In this document: positions 33,601 to 48,592 of the stretch, piece by piece
Numbering within the stretch: the first letter of the stretch is position 1
Layout of the letters: every line of letters begins with the position of its first letter
DNA from: Eledone cirrhosa
Taxonomy: Eukaryota
Direction: 5' to 3'
Length of the DNA stretch: 64,000 bases
Assembly: GCA_964016885.1 (NCBI GenBank)
Contig: CAXHJY010000738.1
Location: forward strand, 310,001-374,000
The notes under the pieces: model-generated
What the model was told of the DNA's origin: nothing
Databases searched by the model: none
The model's input: the letters and a program-made list of their open reading frames with translations, nothing else
Position numbers and translations under genes: made by a program

Positions 33601-36600
33601 AGTACAGTAGGTATATTACAGTACAGTAGGTATATTACAGTACAGTACATATATTACAGTACAGTAGGTATATTACAGTACAGTAGGTATATTACAGTAC
33701 AGTAGATAGAGTACAGTACAGTAGATATATTACAGTACAGTAGGTATATTACAGTACAGTAGGTATAATACAGTACAGTAGGTATATTACAGTACAGTAG
33801 GTATATTACAGTACAGTAGGTATATTACAGTAGGTATATTACAGTACAGTAGATATATTGCAGTACAGTAGGTATATTACAGTACAGTAGGGATAATACA
33901 GTACAGTAGATATGTTACAGTACAGTAGGTATATTACAGTACAGTAGGTATATTACAGTACAGTAGGTATATTACAGTACAGTAGACATATTACAGTACA
34001 GTATGTATATTACAGTACAGTAGGTATATTACAGTACAGTAGGTATATTACAGTACAGTAGGTATATTACAGTACAGTAGATATAATACAATACAGTAGA
34101 TATATTACAGTACAGTAGGTATATTACAGTACAGTAGGTATATTACAGTACAGTAGGTATATTACAGTACAGTAGGTATATTACACTACAGTAGATATAT
34201 TACAGTACAGTAGGTATATTACAGTACAGTAGGTATAATACCATACAGTAGGTATATTACAGTACAGTAGGTATATTACAGTACAGTAGGTATATTACAG
34301 TATAGTAGATATATTACAGTACAGTAGGTATAATACAGTAAACTAGGTATATTACAGTACAGTAGGTATATTACAGTACAGTAGGTATATTACAGTACAG
34401 TAGGTATATTACAGTACAGTAGGTATATTACACTACAGTAGATATATTACAGTACAGTAGGTATATTACAGTACAGTAGGTATAATACCATACAGTAGGT
34501 ATATTACAGTACAGTAGGTATATTACAGTACAGTAGGTATAATACAGTACAGTAGATATATTACAGTACAGTAGGTATATTACAGTACAGTAGGTATATT
34601 ACAGTACAGTAGGTATATTACAGTACAGTAGATATATTACAGTACAGTAGGTATATTACAGTACAGTATGTATATTACAGTACAGTAGGTATATTACAGT
34701 ACAGTAGGTATATTACAGTACAGTAGGTATAATACAGTACAGTAGGTATATTACACTACAGTAGGTATATTACAGTACAGTAGGTATATTACAGTACAGT
34801 AGGTATAATACAGTACAGTAGGTATAATACAGTACAGTAGGTATATTACAGTACAGTAGGTATATTACAGTACAGTAGGTATATTACAGTACAGTAGATA
34901 TATTACAGTACAGAAGATATATTACAGTACAGTAGATAGATTACAGTACAGTAGATATATTACAGTACAGTAGGTATATTACAGTACAGTAGATATATTA
35001 CAGTACAGTAGGTATATTATAGTACAGTAGGTATATTACAGTACAGTAGGTATATTACAGTACAGTAGGTATAATACAGTAAAGTAGGTATATTACAGTA
35101 CAGTAGGTATATTATACTACAGTAGGTATAATACAGTACAGTAGGTATATTACAGTACAGTAGGTATATTACAGTACAGTAGGTATGTTACAGTACATTA
35201 GGTATATTACAGTACAGTAGGTATATTACAGTACAGTAGGTATATTACAGTACAGTAGGTATATTACAGTACAGTAGATATATTACAGTACAGTAGGTAT
35301 ATTACAGTACACTAGGTATATTACAGTACAGTAGGTATATTACAGTACAGTAGATATATTGCAGTACAGTAGGTATATTACTGTACAGTAGGGATAATAC
35401 AGTACAGTAGATATGTTACAGTACAGTAAGTATATTACAGTACAGTAGGTATATTACAGTACAGTAGGTATATTACAGTACAGTAGACATATTACAGTAC
35501 AGTATGTATATTACAGTACAGTAGGTATATTACAGTACAGTAGGTATATTACAGTACAGTAGGTATATTACAGTACAGTAGATATATTACAGTACAGTAG
35601 ATATATTACAGTACAGTAGATATATTAGAGTACAGTAGGTATATTAGAGTACAGTAGTTATATTACAGTACAGTAGGTATATTACAGTACAATAGGTATA
35701 TTACAGTACAGTAGATATATTACAGTACAGTAGGTATATTAAAGTACAGTAGGTATAATACAGTACAGTAGGTATATTACAGTACAGTAGGTATATTACG
35801 GTACAGTAGTTATATTGCAGTACAGTAGGTATAATACAGTACAGTAGGTATATTACAGTACAGTAGGTATATTACAGTACAGTAGGTATATTACAGTACA
35901 GTAGGTATATTACAGTACAGTAGGTATATTACAGTACAGTAGATATGTTACAGTACAGTAGGTATATTACAGTACAGTAGATAGATTACAGTACAGTAGA
36001 TATATTACAGTACAGTAGATATATTACAGTACAGTAGGTATATTACAGTACAGTAGGTATATTACAGTACAGTAGGTATATTACAGTACAGTAGGTATAT
36101 TACAGTACAGTAGATATATTACAGTACAGTAGGTATAATACAGTACAGTAGGTATATTACAGTACAGTAGGTATATTACAGTACAGTAGGGATATTACAG
36201 TACAGTAGTTATAATACAGTACAGTAGGTATATTACAGTACAGTAGTCATAATACAGTACAGTAGGTATATTACAGTACAGTAGGTATATTACAGTACAG
36301 TAGGTATATTACAGTACAGTAGGTATATTACAGTACAGTAGGTATATTACAGTACAGTAGATATATTACAGTACAGTAGGTATAATACCATACAGTAGGT
36401 AAATTACAGTACAGTAGGTATATTACAGTACAGTAGGTATATTACAGTACAGTAGGTATATTACAGTACAGTAGATATATTACAGTACAGTAGGTATATT
36501 ACAGTACAGTATGTATATTACAGTACAGTAGGTATATTACAGTACAGTAGGTATATTACAGTACAGTAGGTATAATACAGTACAGTAGGTATATTACAGT

Positions 36601-39600
36601 ACAGTAGGTATATTACAGTACAGTAGGTATATTACAGTACAGTAGGTATAATACAGTACAGTAGGTATAATACAGTACAGTAGGTATATTACAGTACAGT
36701 AGGTATATTACAGTACAGTAGGTATATTACAGTACAGTAGATATATTACAGTACAGAAGATATATTACAGTACAGTAGATAGATTACAGTACAGTAGATA
36801 TATTACAGTACAGTAGGTATATTAAAGTACAGTAGGTATAATACAGTACAGTAGGTATATTACAGTACAGTAGGTATATTACAGTACAGTAGTTATATTA
36901 CAGTACAGTAGGTATAATACAGTACAGTAGGTATATTACAGTACAGTAGGTATATTACAGTACAGTAGGTATATTACAGTACAGTAGGTATATTACAGTA
37001 CAGTAGGTATATTACAGTACAGTAGGTATATTACAGTACAGTAGATATGTTACAGTACAGTAGGTATATTACAGTACAGTAGATAGATTACAGTACAGTA
37101 GATATATTACAGTACAGTAGATATATTACAGTACAGTAGGTATATTACAGTACAGTAGGTATATTACAGTACAGTAGGTATATTACAGTACAGTAGGTAT
37201 ATTACAGTACAGTAGATATATTACAGTACAGTAGGTATAATACAGTACAGTAGGTATATTACAGTACAGTAGGTATATTACAGTACAGTAGGGATATTAC
37301 AGTACAGTAGTTATAATACAGTACAGTAGGTATATTACAGTACAGTAGTTATAATACAGTACAGTAGGTATATTACAGTACAGTAGGTATATTACAGTAC
37401 AGTAGGTATATTACAGTACAGTAGGTATATTACAGTACAGTAGGTATATTACAGTACAATAGGTATATTACAGTACAGTAGATATATTACAGTACAGTAG
37501 GTATAATACCATACAGTAGGTATATTACAGTACAGTAGGTATATTACAGTACAGTAGGTATATTACAGTACAGTAGGTATATTACAGTACAGTAGATATA
37601 TTACAGTACAGTAGGTATATTACAGTACAGTATGTATATTACAGTACAGTAGGTATTTTACAGTACAGTAGGTATATTACAGTACAGTAGGTATAATACA
37701 GTACAGTAGGTATATTACAGTACAGTAGGTATATTACAGTACAGTAGGTATATTACAGTACAGTAGGTATAATACAGTACAGTAGGTATAATACAGTACA
37801 GTAGGTATATTACAGTACAGTAGGTATATTACAGTACAGTAGGTATATTACAGTACAGTAGATATATTACAGTACAGAAGATATATTACAGTACAGTAGA
37901 TAGATTACAGTACAGTAGATATATTACAGTACAGTAGGTATATTACAGTACAGTAGATATATTACAGTACAGTAGGTATATTATAGTACAGTAGGTATAT
38001 TACAGTACAGTAGGTATATTACAGTACAGTAGGTATATTACAGTACAGTAGGTATATTACAGTACAGTAGGTATGTTACAGTACATTAGGTATATTACAG
38101 TACAGTAGGTATATTACAGTACAGTAGGTATATTACAGTACAGTAGGTATATTACAGTACAGTAGGTATATTACAGTACAGTACATATATTACAGTACAG
38201 TAGGTATATTACAGTACAGTAGGTATATTACAGTACAGTAGATATATTACAGTACAGTAGGTATATTACAGTACAGTATGTATATTACAGTACAGTAGGT
38301 ATATTACAGTACAGTAGGTATATTACAGTACAGTAGGTATAATACAGTACAGTAGGTATATTACAGTACAGTAGGTATATTACAGTACAGTAGGTATATT
38401 ACAGTACAGTAGGTATATTACAGTACAGTAGGTATATTACAGTACAGTAGATATATTACAGTACAGTAGGTATAATACATACAATAGGTATATTACAGTA
38501 CAGTAGGTATATTACAGTACAGTAGGTATATTACAGTACAGTAGGTATATTACAGTACAGTAGATATATTACAGTACAGTAGGTATATTACAGTACAGTA
38601 TGTATATTACAGTACAGTAGGTATATTACAGTACAGTAGGTATATTACAGTACAGTAGGTATAATACAGTACAGTAGGTATATTACAGTACAGTAGGTAT
38701 ATTACAGTACAGTAGGTATATTACAGTACAGTAGGTATAATACAGTACAGTAGGTATATTACAGTACAGTAGGTATATTACAGTACAGTAGGTATATTAC
38801 AGTACAGTAGATATATTACAGTACAGAAGATATATTACAGTACAGTAGATAGATTACAGTACAGTAGATATATTACAGTACAGTAGGTATATTACAGTAC
38901 AGTAGATATATTACAGTACAGTAGGTATATTATACTACAGTAGGTATATTACAGTACAGTAGGTATATTACAGTACAGTAGGTATATTACAGTACAGTAG
39001 GTATATTACAGTACAGTAGGTATGTTACAGTACATTAGGTATATTACAGTACAGTAGGTATATTACAGTACAGTAGGTATATTACAGTACAGTAGGTATA
39101 TTACATTACAGTAGGTATATTACAGTACAGTACATATATTACAGTACAGTAGGTATATTACAGTACAGTAGGTATATTACAGTACAGTAGATAGAGTACA
39201 GTACAGTAGATATATTACAGTACAGTAGGTATATTACAGTACAGTAGGTATAATACAGTACAGTAGGTATATTACAGTACAGTAGGTATATTACAGTACA
39301 GTAGGTATATTACAGTAGGTATATTACAGTACAGTAGATATATTGCAGTACAGTAGGTATATTACAGTACAGTAGGGATAATACAGTACAGTAGATATGT
39401 TACAGTACAGTAGGTATATTACAGTACAGTAGGTATATTACAGTACAGTAGGTATATTACAGTACAGTAGGTATATTTCAGTACAGTATGTATATTACAG
39501 TACAGTAGGTATATTACAGTACAGTAGGTATATTACAGTACAGTAGGTATATTACAGTACAGTAGATATAATACAATACAGTAGATATATTACAGTACAG

Positions 39601-41579
39601 TAGGTATATTACAGTACAGTAGGTATATTACAGTACAGTATGTATATTACAGTACAGTAGGTATATTACACTACAGTAGATATATTACAGTACAGTAGGT
39701 ATATTACAGTACAGTAGGTATAATACCATACAGTAGGTATATTACAGTACAGTAGGTATATTACAGTACAGTAGGTATAATACAGTACAGTAGATATATT
39801 ACAGTACAGTAGGTATATTACAGTACAGTAGGTATATTACAGTACAGTAGGTATATTACAGTACAGTAGATATATTACAGTACAGTAGGTATATTACAGT
39901 ACAGTATGTATATTACAGTACAGTAGGTATATTACAGTACAGTAGGTATATTACAGTACAGTAGGTATAATACAGTACAGTAGGTATATTACAGTACAGT
40001 AGGTATATTACAGTACAGTAGGTATATTACAGTACAGTAGGTATAATAGAGTACAGTAGGTATAATACTGTACAGTAGGTATATTACAGTACAGTAGGTA
40101 TATTACAGTACAGTAGATATATTACAGTACAGAAGATATATTACAGTACAGTAGATAGATTACAGTACAGTAGATATATTACAGTACAGTAGGTATATTA
40201 CAGTACAGTAGATATATTACAGTACAGTAGGTATATTATAGTACAGTAGGTATATTACAGTACAGTAGGTATATTACAGTACAGTAGGTATAATACAGTA
40301 AAGTAGGTATATTACAGTACAGTAGGTATATTACACTACAGTAGGTATAATACAGTACAGTAGGTATATTACAGTACAGTAGGTATATTACAGTACAGTA
40401 GGTATGTTACAGTACATTAGGTATATTACAGTACAGTAGGTATATTACAGTACAGTAGGTATATTACAGTACAGTAGGTATATTACAGTACAGTAGATAT
40501 ATTACAGTACAGTAGGTATATTACAGTACAGTAGATAGAGTACAGTACAGTAGATATATTACAGTACAGTAGGTATATTACAGTACAGTAGGTATATTAC
40601 AGTACTGTAGGTATATTACAGTACAGTAGGTATGTTACAGTACAGTAGGTATATTACAGTACAGTAGATATGTTACAGTACAGTAGGTATATTACAGTAC
40701 AGTAGATAGATTACAGTACAGTAGATATATTACAGTACAGTAGATATATTACAGTACAGTAGGTATATTACAGTACAGTAGGTATATTACAGTACAGTAG
40801 GTATATTACAGTACAGTAGATATATTACAGTACAGTAGGTATAATACAGTACAGTAGGTATATTACAGTACAGTAGGTATATTACAGTACAGTAGGGATA
40901 TTACAGTACAGTAGTTATAATACAGTACAGTAGGTATATTACAGTACAGTAGGTATATTACAGTACAGTAGGTATATTACAGTACAGTAGGTATATTACA
41001 GTACAGTAGGTATATTACAGTACAGTAGATATATTACAGTACAGTAGGTATAATACCATACAGTAGGTATATTACAGTACAGTAGGTATATTACAGTACA
41101 GTAGGTATAATACAGTACAGTAGATATATTACAGTACAGTAGGTATATTACAGTACAGTAGGTATATTACAGTACAGTAGGTATATTACAATACAGTAGA
41201 TATATTACAGTACAGTAGATATATTACAGTACAGTAGATATATTACAGTACAGTAGGTATATTACAGTACAGTAGATAGATTACAGTATAGTAGATAGAT
41301 TACAGTACAATAGGTATATTACAGTACAGTATATAGATTACAGTAAATATATTACAGTACAGTAGGTATATTACAGTACAGTAGGTATATTACAGTACAG
41401 TAGGTATATTACAGTACAGTAGATATATTACAGTACAGTAGGTATATTACAGTACAGTATGTATATTACAGTACAGTAGGTATAATACAGTACAGTAGGT
41501 ATATTACAGTACAGTAGGTATATTACAGTACAGTAGGTATATTACAGTACAGTAGGTATATTACAGTACAGTAGATATA

Positions 41580-44500
41580 TTACAGTACAGTAGGTATAAT
41601 ACAGTACAGTAGGTATATTACAGTACAGTAGGTATATTACAGTACAGTAGGGATATTACAGTACAGTAGTTATAATACAGTACAGTAGGTATATTACAGT
41701 ACAGTAGTTATAATACAGTACAGTAGGTATATTACAGTACAGTAGGTATATTACAGTACAGTAGGTATATTACAGTACAGTAGGTATATTACAGTACAGT
41801 AGGTATATTACAGTACAGTAGGTATATTACAGTACAGTAGATATATTACAGTACAGTAGGTATAATACCATACAGTAGGTATATTACAGTACAGTAGGTA
41901 TATTACAGTACAGTAGGTATAATACAGTACAGTAGATATATTACAGTACAGTAGGTATATTACAGTACAGTAGGTATATTACAGTACAGTAGGTATATTA
42001 CAATACAGTAGATATATTACAGTACAGTAGATATATTACAGTACAGTAGATATATTACAGTACAGTAGGTATATTACAGTACAGTAGATAGATTACAGTA
42101 TAGTAGATAGATTACAGTACAATAGGTATATTACAGTACAGTATATAGATTACAGTAAATATATTACAGTACAGTAGGTATATTACAGTACAGTAGGTAT
42201 ATTACAGTACAGTAGGTATATTACAGTACAGTAGATATATTACAGTACAGTAGGTATATTACAGTACAGTATGTATATTACAGTACAGTAGGTATAATAC
42301 AGTACAGTAGGTATATTACAGTACAGTAGGTATATTACAGTACAGTAGGTATATTATAGTATAGTAGGTATATTACAGTACAGTAGATATATTACAGTAC
42401 AGTAGGTATATTACACTACAGTAGGTATAATACAGTACAGTAGGTATATTACAGTACAGTAGGTATATTACAGTACAGTAGGTATGTTACAGTACATTAG
42501 GTATATTACAGTACAGTAGGTATATTACAGTACAGTAGGTATATTACAGTACAGTAGGTATATTACAGTACAGTAGATATATTACAGTACAGTAGGTATA
42601 TTACACTACAGTAGGTATAATACAGTACAGTAGGTATATTACAGTACAGTAGGTATATTACAGTACAGTAGGTATGTTACAGTACATTAGGTATATTACA
42701 GTACAGTAGGTATATTACAGTACAGTAGGTATATTACAGTACAGTAGGTATATTACAGTACAGTAGGTATATTACAGTACAGTACATATATTACAGTACA
42801 GTAGGTATATTACAGTACAGTAGGTATATTACAGTACAGTAGATAGAGTACAGTACAGTAGATATATTACAGTACAGTAGGTATATTACAGTACAGTAGG
42901 TATAATACAGTACAGTAGGTATATTACAGTACAGTAGGTATATTACAGTACAGTAGGTATATTACAGTAGGTATATTACAGTACAGTAGATATATTGCAG
43001 TACAGTAGGTATATTACAGTACAGTAGGGATAATACAGTACAGTAGATATGTTACAGTACAGTAGGTATATTACAGTACAGTAGGTATATTACAGTACAG
43101 TAGGTATATTACAGTACAGTAGACATATTACAGTACAGTATGTATATTACAGTACAGTAGGTATATTACAGTACAGTAGGTATATTACAGTACAGTAGGT
43201 ATATTACAGTACAGTAGATATAATACAATACAGTAGATATATTACAGTACAGTAGGTATATTACAGTACAGTAGGTATATTACAGTACAGTAGGTATATT
43301 ACAGTACAGTAGGTATATTACACTACAGTAGATATATTACAGTACAGTAGGTATATTACAGTACAGTAGGTATAATACCATACAGTAGGTATATTACAGT
43401 ACAGTAGGTATATTACAGTACAGTAGGTATATTACAGTATAGTAGATATATTACAGTACAGTAGGTATAATACAGTAAACTAGGTATATTACAGTACAGT
43501 AGGTATATTACAGTACAGTAGGTATATTACAGTACAGTAGGTATATTACAGTACAGTAGGTATATTACACTACAGTAGATATATTACAGTACAGTAGGTA
43601 TATTACAGTACAGTAGGTATAATACCATACAGTAGGTATATTACAGTACAGTAGGTATATTACAGTACAGTAGGTATAATACAGTACAGTAGATATATTA
43701 CAGTACAGTAGGTATATTACAGTACAGTAGGTATATTACAGTACAGTAGGTATATTACAGTACAGTAGATATATTACAGTACAGTAGGTATATTACAGTA
43801 CAGTATGTATATTACAGTACAGTAGGTATATTACAGTACAGTAGGTATATTACAGTACAGTAGGTATAATACAGTACAGTAGGTATATTACACTACAGTA
43901 GGTATATTACAGTACAGTAGGTATATTACAGTACAGTAGGTATAATACAGTACAGTAGGTATAATACAGTACAGTAGGTATATTACAGTACAGTAGGTAT
44001 ATTACAGTACAGTAGGTATATTACAGTACAGTAGATATATTACAGTACAGAAGATATATTACAGTACAGTAGATAGATTACAGTACAGTAGATATATTAC
44101 AGTACAGTAGGTATATTACAGTACAGTAGATATATTACAGTACAGTAGGTATATTATAGTACAGTAGGTATATTACAGTACAGTAGGTATATTACAGTAC
44201 AGTAGGTATAATACAGTAAAGTAGGTATATTACAGTACAGTAGGTATATTACACTACAGTAGGTATAATACAGTACAGTAGGTATATTACAGTACAGTAG
44301 GTATATTACAGTACAGTAGGTATGTTACAGTACATTAGGTATATTACAGTACAGTAGGTATATTACAGTACAGTAGGTATATTACAGTACAGTAGGTATA
44401 TTACAGTACAGTAGATATATTACAGTACAGTAGGTATATTACAGTACACTAGGTATATTACAGTACAGTAGGTATATTACAGTACAGTAGATATATTGCA

Positions 44501-45000
44501 GTACAGTAGGTATATTACTGTACAGTAGGGATAATACAGTACAGTAGATATGTTACAGTACAGTAGGTATATTACAGTACTGTAGGTATATTACAGTACA
44601 GTAGGTATATTACAGTACAGTAGACATATTACAGTACAGTATGTATATTACAGTACAGTAGGTATATTACAGTACAGTAGGTATATTACAGTACAGTAGG
44701 TATATTACAGTACAGTAGATATATTACAGTACAGTAGATATATTACAGTACAGTAGATATATTAGAGTACAGTAGGTATATTAGAGTACAGTAGTTATAT
44801 TACAGTACAGTAGGTATATTACAGTACAGTAGGTATATTACAGTACAATAGGTATATTACAGTACAGTAGATATATTACAGTACAGTAGGTATATTAAAG
44901 TACAGTAGGTATAATACAGTACAGTAGGTATATTACAGTACAGTAGGTATATTACAGTACAGTAGTTATATTACAGTACAGTAGGTATAATACAGTACAG
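41580..45000. repeat. Dispersed copy of block ~32450-35900 (offset 9137 bp)
   Basis: 14-bp monomers at 33007/42144 and 33819/42956, and the rare TACTGTACAGTA monomer at 35372/44509, all at offset 9137. Confidence 0.88.
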
Positions 45001-45268
45001 TAGGTATATTACAGTACAGTAGGTATATTACAGTACAGTAGGTATATTACAGTACAGTAGGTATATTACAGTACAGTAGGTATATTACAGTACAGTATAT
45101 ATATTACAGTACACTAGGTATATTACAGTACAGTAGGTATATTACAGTACAGTAGATATATTACAGTACACTAGGTATATTACAGTACAGTAGGTATATT
45201 ACAGTACAGTAGATATATTACAGTACAGTAGGTATAATACCATACAGTAGGTATATTACAGTACAGTA

Positions 45269-48200
45269 GGTATATTACAGTACAGTAGGTATAATACAGT
45301 ACAGTAGATATATTACAGTACAGTAGGTATATTACACTACAGTAGGTATATTACAGTACAGTAGGTATATTAAAGTACAGTAGGTATAATACAGTACAGT
45401 AGGTATATTACAGTACAGTAGGTATATTACAGTACAGTAGGTATATTACAGTACAGTAGGTATATTACAGTACAGTAGGTATATTACACTACAGTAGGTA
45501 TATTACAGTACAGTAGGTGTATTAAAGTACAGTAGGTATAATACAGTACAGTAGGTATATTACAGTAGAGTAGGTATATTACAGTACAGTAGATATAATA
45601 CAGTACAGTAGATATATTACAGTACAGTAGGTATATTACAGTACAGTAGGTATATTACAGTACAGTAGGTATATTACAGTACAGTAGGTATATTACAGTA
45701 CAGTAGGTATATAACAGTACAGTAGATATATTACAGTACAGTAGATATATTACAGTACAGTAGGTATATTACAGTACAGTAGGTATATTATAGTACAGTA
45801 GATATATTACAGTACAGTAGGTATATTACAGTACAGTAGATATATTACAGTACAGTAGATATATTACAGTACAGTAGGTATATTACAGTAGGTATATTAC
45901 AGTACATTAGGTATATTACAGTACAGTAGGTATAATACAGTACAGTAGATATATTACAGTACAGTAGGTATATTACAGTACAGTAGGTATGTTACAGTAC
46001 AGTAGGTATATTACAGTACAGTAGGTATATTACAGTAGGTATATTACAGTACAGTAGATATATTACAGTACAGTAGGTATATTACAGTACAGTAGGTATA
46101 TTACAGTACAGTAGATAGAGTACAGTACAGTAGATAGAGTACAGTACAGTAGATAGAGTACAGTACAGTAGGTATATTACAGTACAGTAGGTATATTACA
46201 GTACTGTAGGTATATTACAGTACAGTAGGTATATTACAGTACAGTAGGTATATTACAGTACAGTAGATATAATACAGTACAGTAGGTATATTACAGTACA
46301 GTAGATAGATTACAGTACAGTAGATATATTACAGTACAGTAGTTATATTACAGTACAGTAGGTATATTACAGTACAGTAGATATATTACAGTACAGTAGG
46401 TATATTACAGTACAGTAGATATATTACAGTACAGTAGGTATATTTCAGTACAGTAGGTATATTACAGTACAGTAGGTATATTACAGTACAGTAGGTATAT
46501 TACAGTACAGTAGATATATTACAGTACAGTAGGTATAATACAGTACAGTAGGTATATTACTTTACAGTAGGTATATTACAGTACAGTAGTTATAATACAG
46601 TACAGTAGGTATATTACAGTACAGTAGTTATAATACAGTACAGTAGGTATATTACAGTACAGTAGGTATATTACAGTACAGTAGGTATATTACAGTACAG
46701 TAGGTATATTACAGTACAGTAGATATATTACAGTACAGTAGGTATATTACAGTACAGTAGGTATATTACAGTACTGTAGATATATTACAGTACAGTAGGT
46801 ATATTACAGTACAGTAGGTATATTACAGTACACTAGGTATATTACAGTACATTAGATATATTACAGTACAGTAGGTATAATACCATACAGTAGGTATATT
46901 ACAGTACAGAAGGTATATTACAGTACAGTAGGTATAATACAGTACAGTAGATATATTACAGTACAGTAGGTATATTACACTACAGTAGGTATATTACAGT
47001 ACAGTAGGTATATTAAAGTACAGTAGGTATAATACAGTACAGTAGGTATATTACAGTACAGTAGGTATATTACAGTACAGTAGGTATATTACAGTACAGT
47101 AGGTATATTACAGTACAGTAGGTATATTACACTACAGTAGGTATATTACAGTACAGTAGGTGTATTAAAGTACAGTAGGTATAATACAGTACAGTAGGTA
47201 TATTACAGTAGAGTAGGTATATTACAGTACAGTAGATATAATACAGTACAGTAGATATATTACAGTACAGTAGGTATATTACAGTACAGTAGGTATATTA
47301 CAGTACAGTAGGTATATTACAGTACAGTAGGTATATTACAGTACAGTAGGTATATAACAGTACAGTAGATATATTACAGTACAGTAGATATATTACAGTA
47401 CAGTAGGTATATTACAGTACAGTAGGTATATTATAGTACAGTAGATATATTACAGTACAGTAGGTATATTACAGTACAGTAGATATATTACAGTACAGTA
47501 GATATATTACAGTACAGTAGGTATATTACAGTAGGTATATTACAGTACATTAGGTATATTACAGTACAGTAGGTATAATACAGTACAGTAGATATATTAC
47601 AGTACAGTAGGTATATTACAGTACAGTAGGTATGTTACAGTACAGTAGGTATATTACAGTACAGTAGGTATATTACAGTAGGTATATTACAGTACAGTAG
47701 ATATATTACAGTACAGTAGGTATATTACAGTACAGTAGGTATATTACAGTACAGTAGATAGAGTACAGTACAGTAGATAGAGTACAGTACAGTAGATAGA
47801 GTACAGTACAGTAGGTATATTACAGTACAGTAGGTATATTACAGTACTGTAGGTATATTACAGTACAGTAGGTATATTACAGTACAGTAGGTATATTACA
47901 GTACAGTAGATATAATACAGTACAGTAGGTATATTACAGTACAGTAGATAGATTACAGTACAGTAGATATATTACAGTACAGTAGTTATATTACAGTACA
48001 GTAGGTATATTACAGTACAGTAGATATATTACAGTACAGTAGGTATATTACAGTACAGTAGATATATTACAGTACAGTAGGTATATTTCAGTACAGTAGG
48101 TATATTACAGTACAGTAGGTATATTACAGTACAGTAGGTATATTACAGTACAGTAGATATATTACAGTACAGTAGGTATAATACAGTACAGTAGGTATAT

Positions 48201-48592
48201 TACTTTACAGTAGGTATATTACAGTACAGTAGTTATAATACAGTACAGTAGGTATATTACAGTACAGTAGTTATAATACAGTACAGTAGGTATATTACAG
48301 TACAGTAGGTATATTACAGTACAGTAGGTATATTACAGTACAGTAGGTATATTACAGTACAGTAGATATATTACAGTACAGTAGGTATATTACAGTACAG
48401 TAGGTATATTACAGTACTGTAGATATATTACAGTACAGTAGGTATATTACAGTACAGTAGGTATATTACAGTACACTAGGTATATTACAGTACATTAGAT
48501 ATATTACAGTACAGTAGGTATAATACCATACAGTAGGTATATTACAGTACAGAAGGTATATTACAGTACAGTAGGTATAATACAGTACAGTA
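45269..48592. repeat. Tandem duplication, unit 1643 bp (85 full monomers plus two 14-bp monomers)
   Basis: Offset 1643 for GGTGTATTAAAG 45516/47159, 14-mers 45877/47520 and 46024/47667, triple GATAGAGTAC 46114/47757, TACTTTAC 46551/48194 and CCATAC 46874/48517. Confidence 0.93.
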
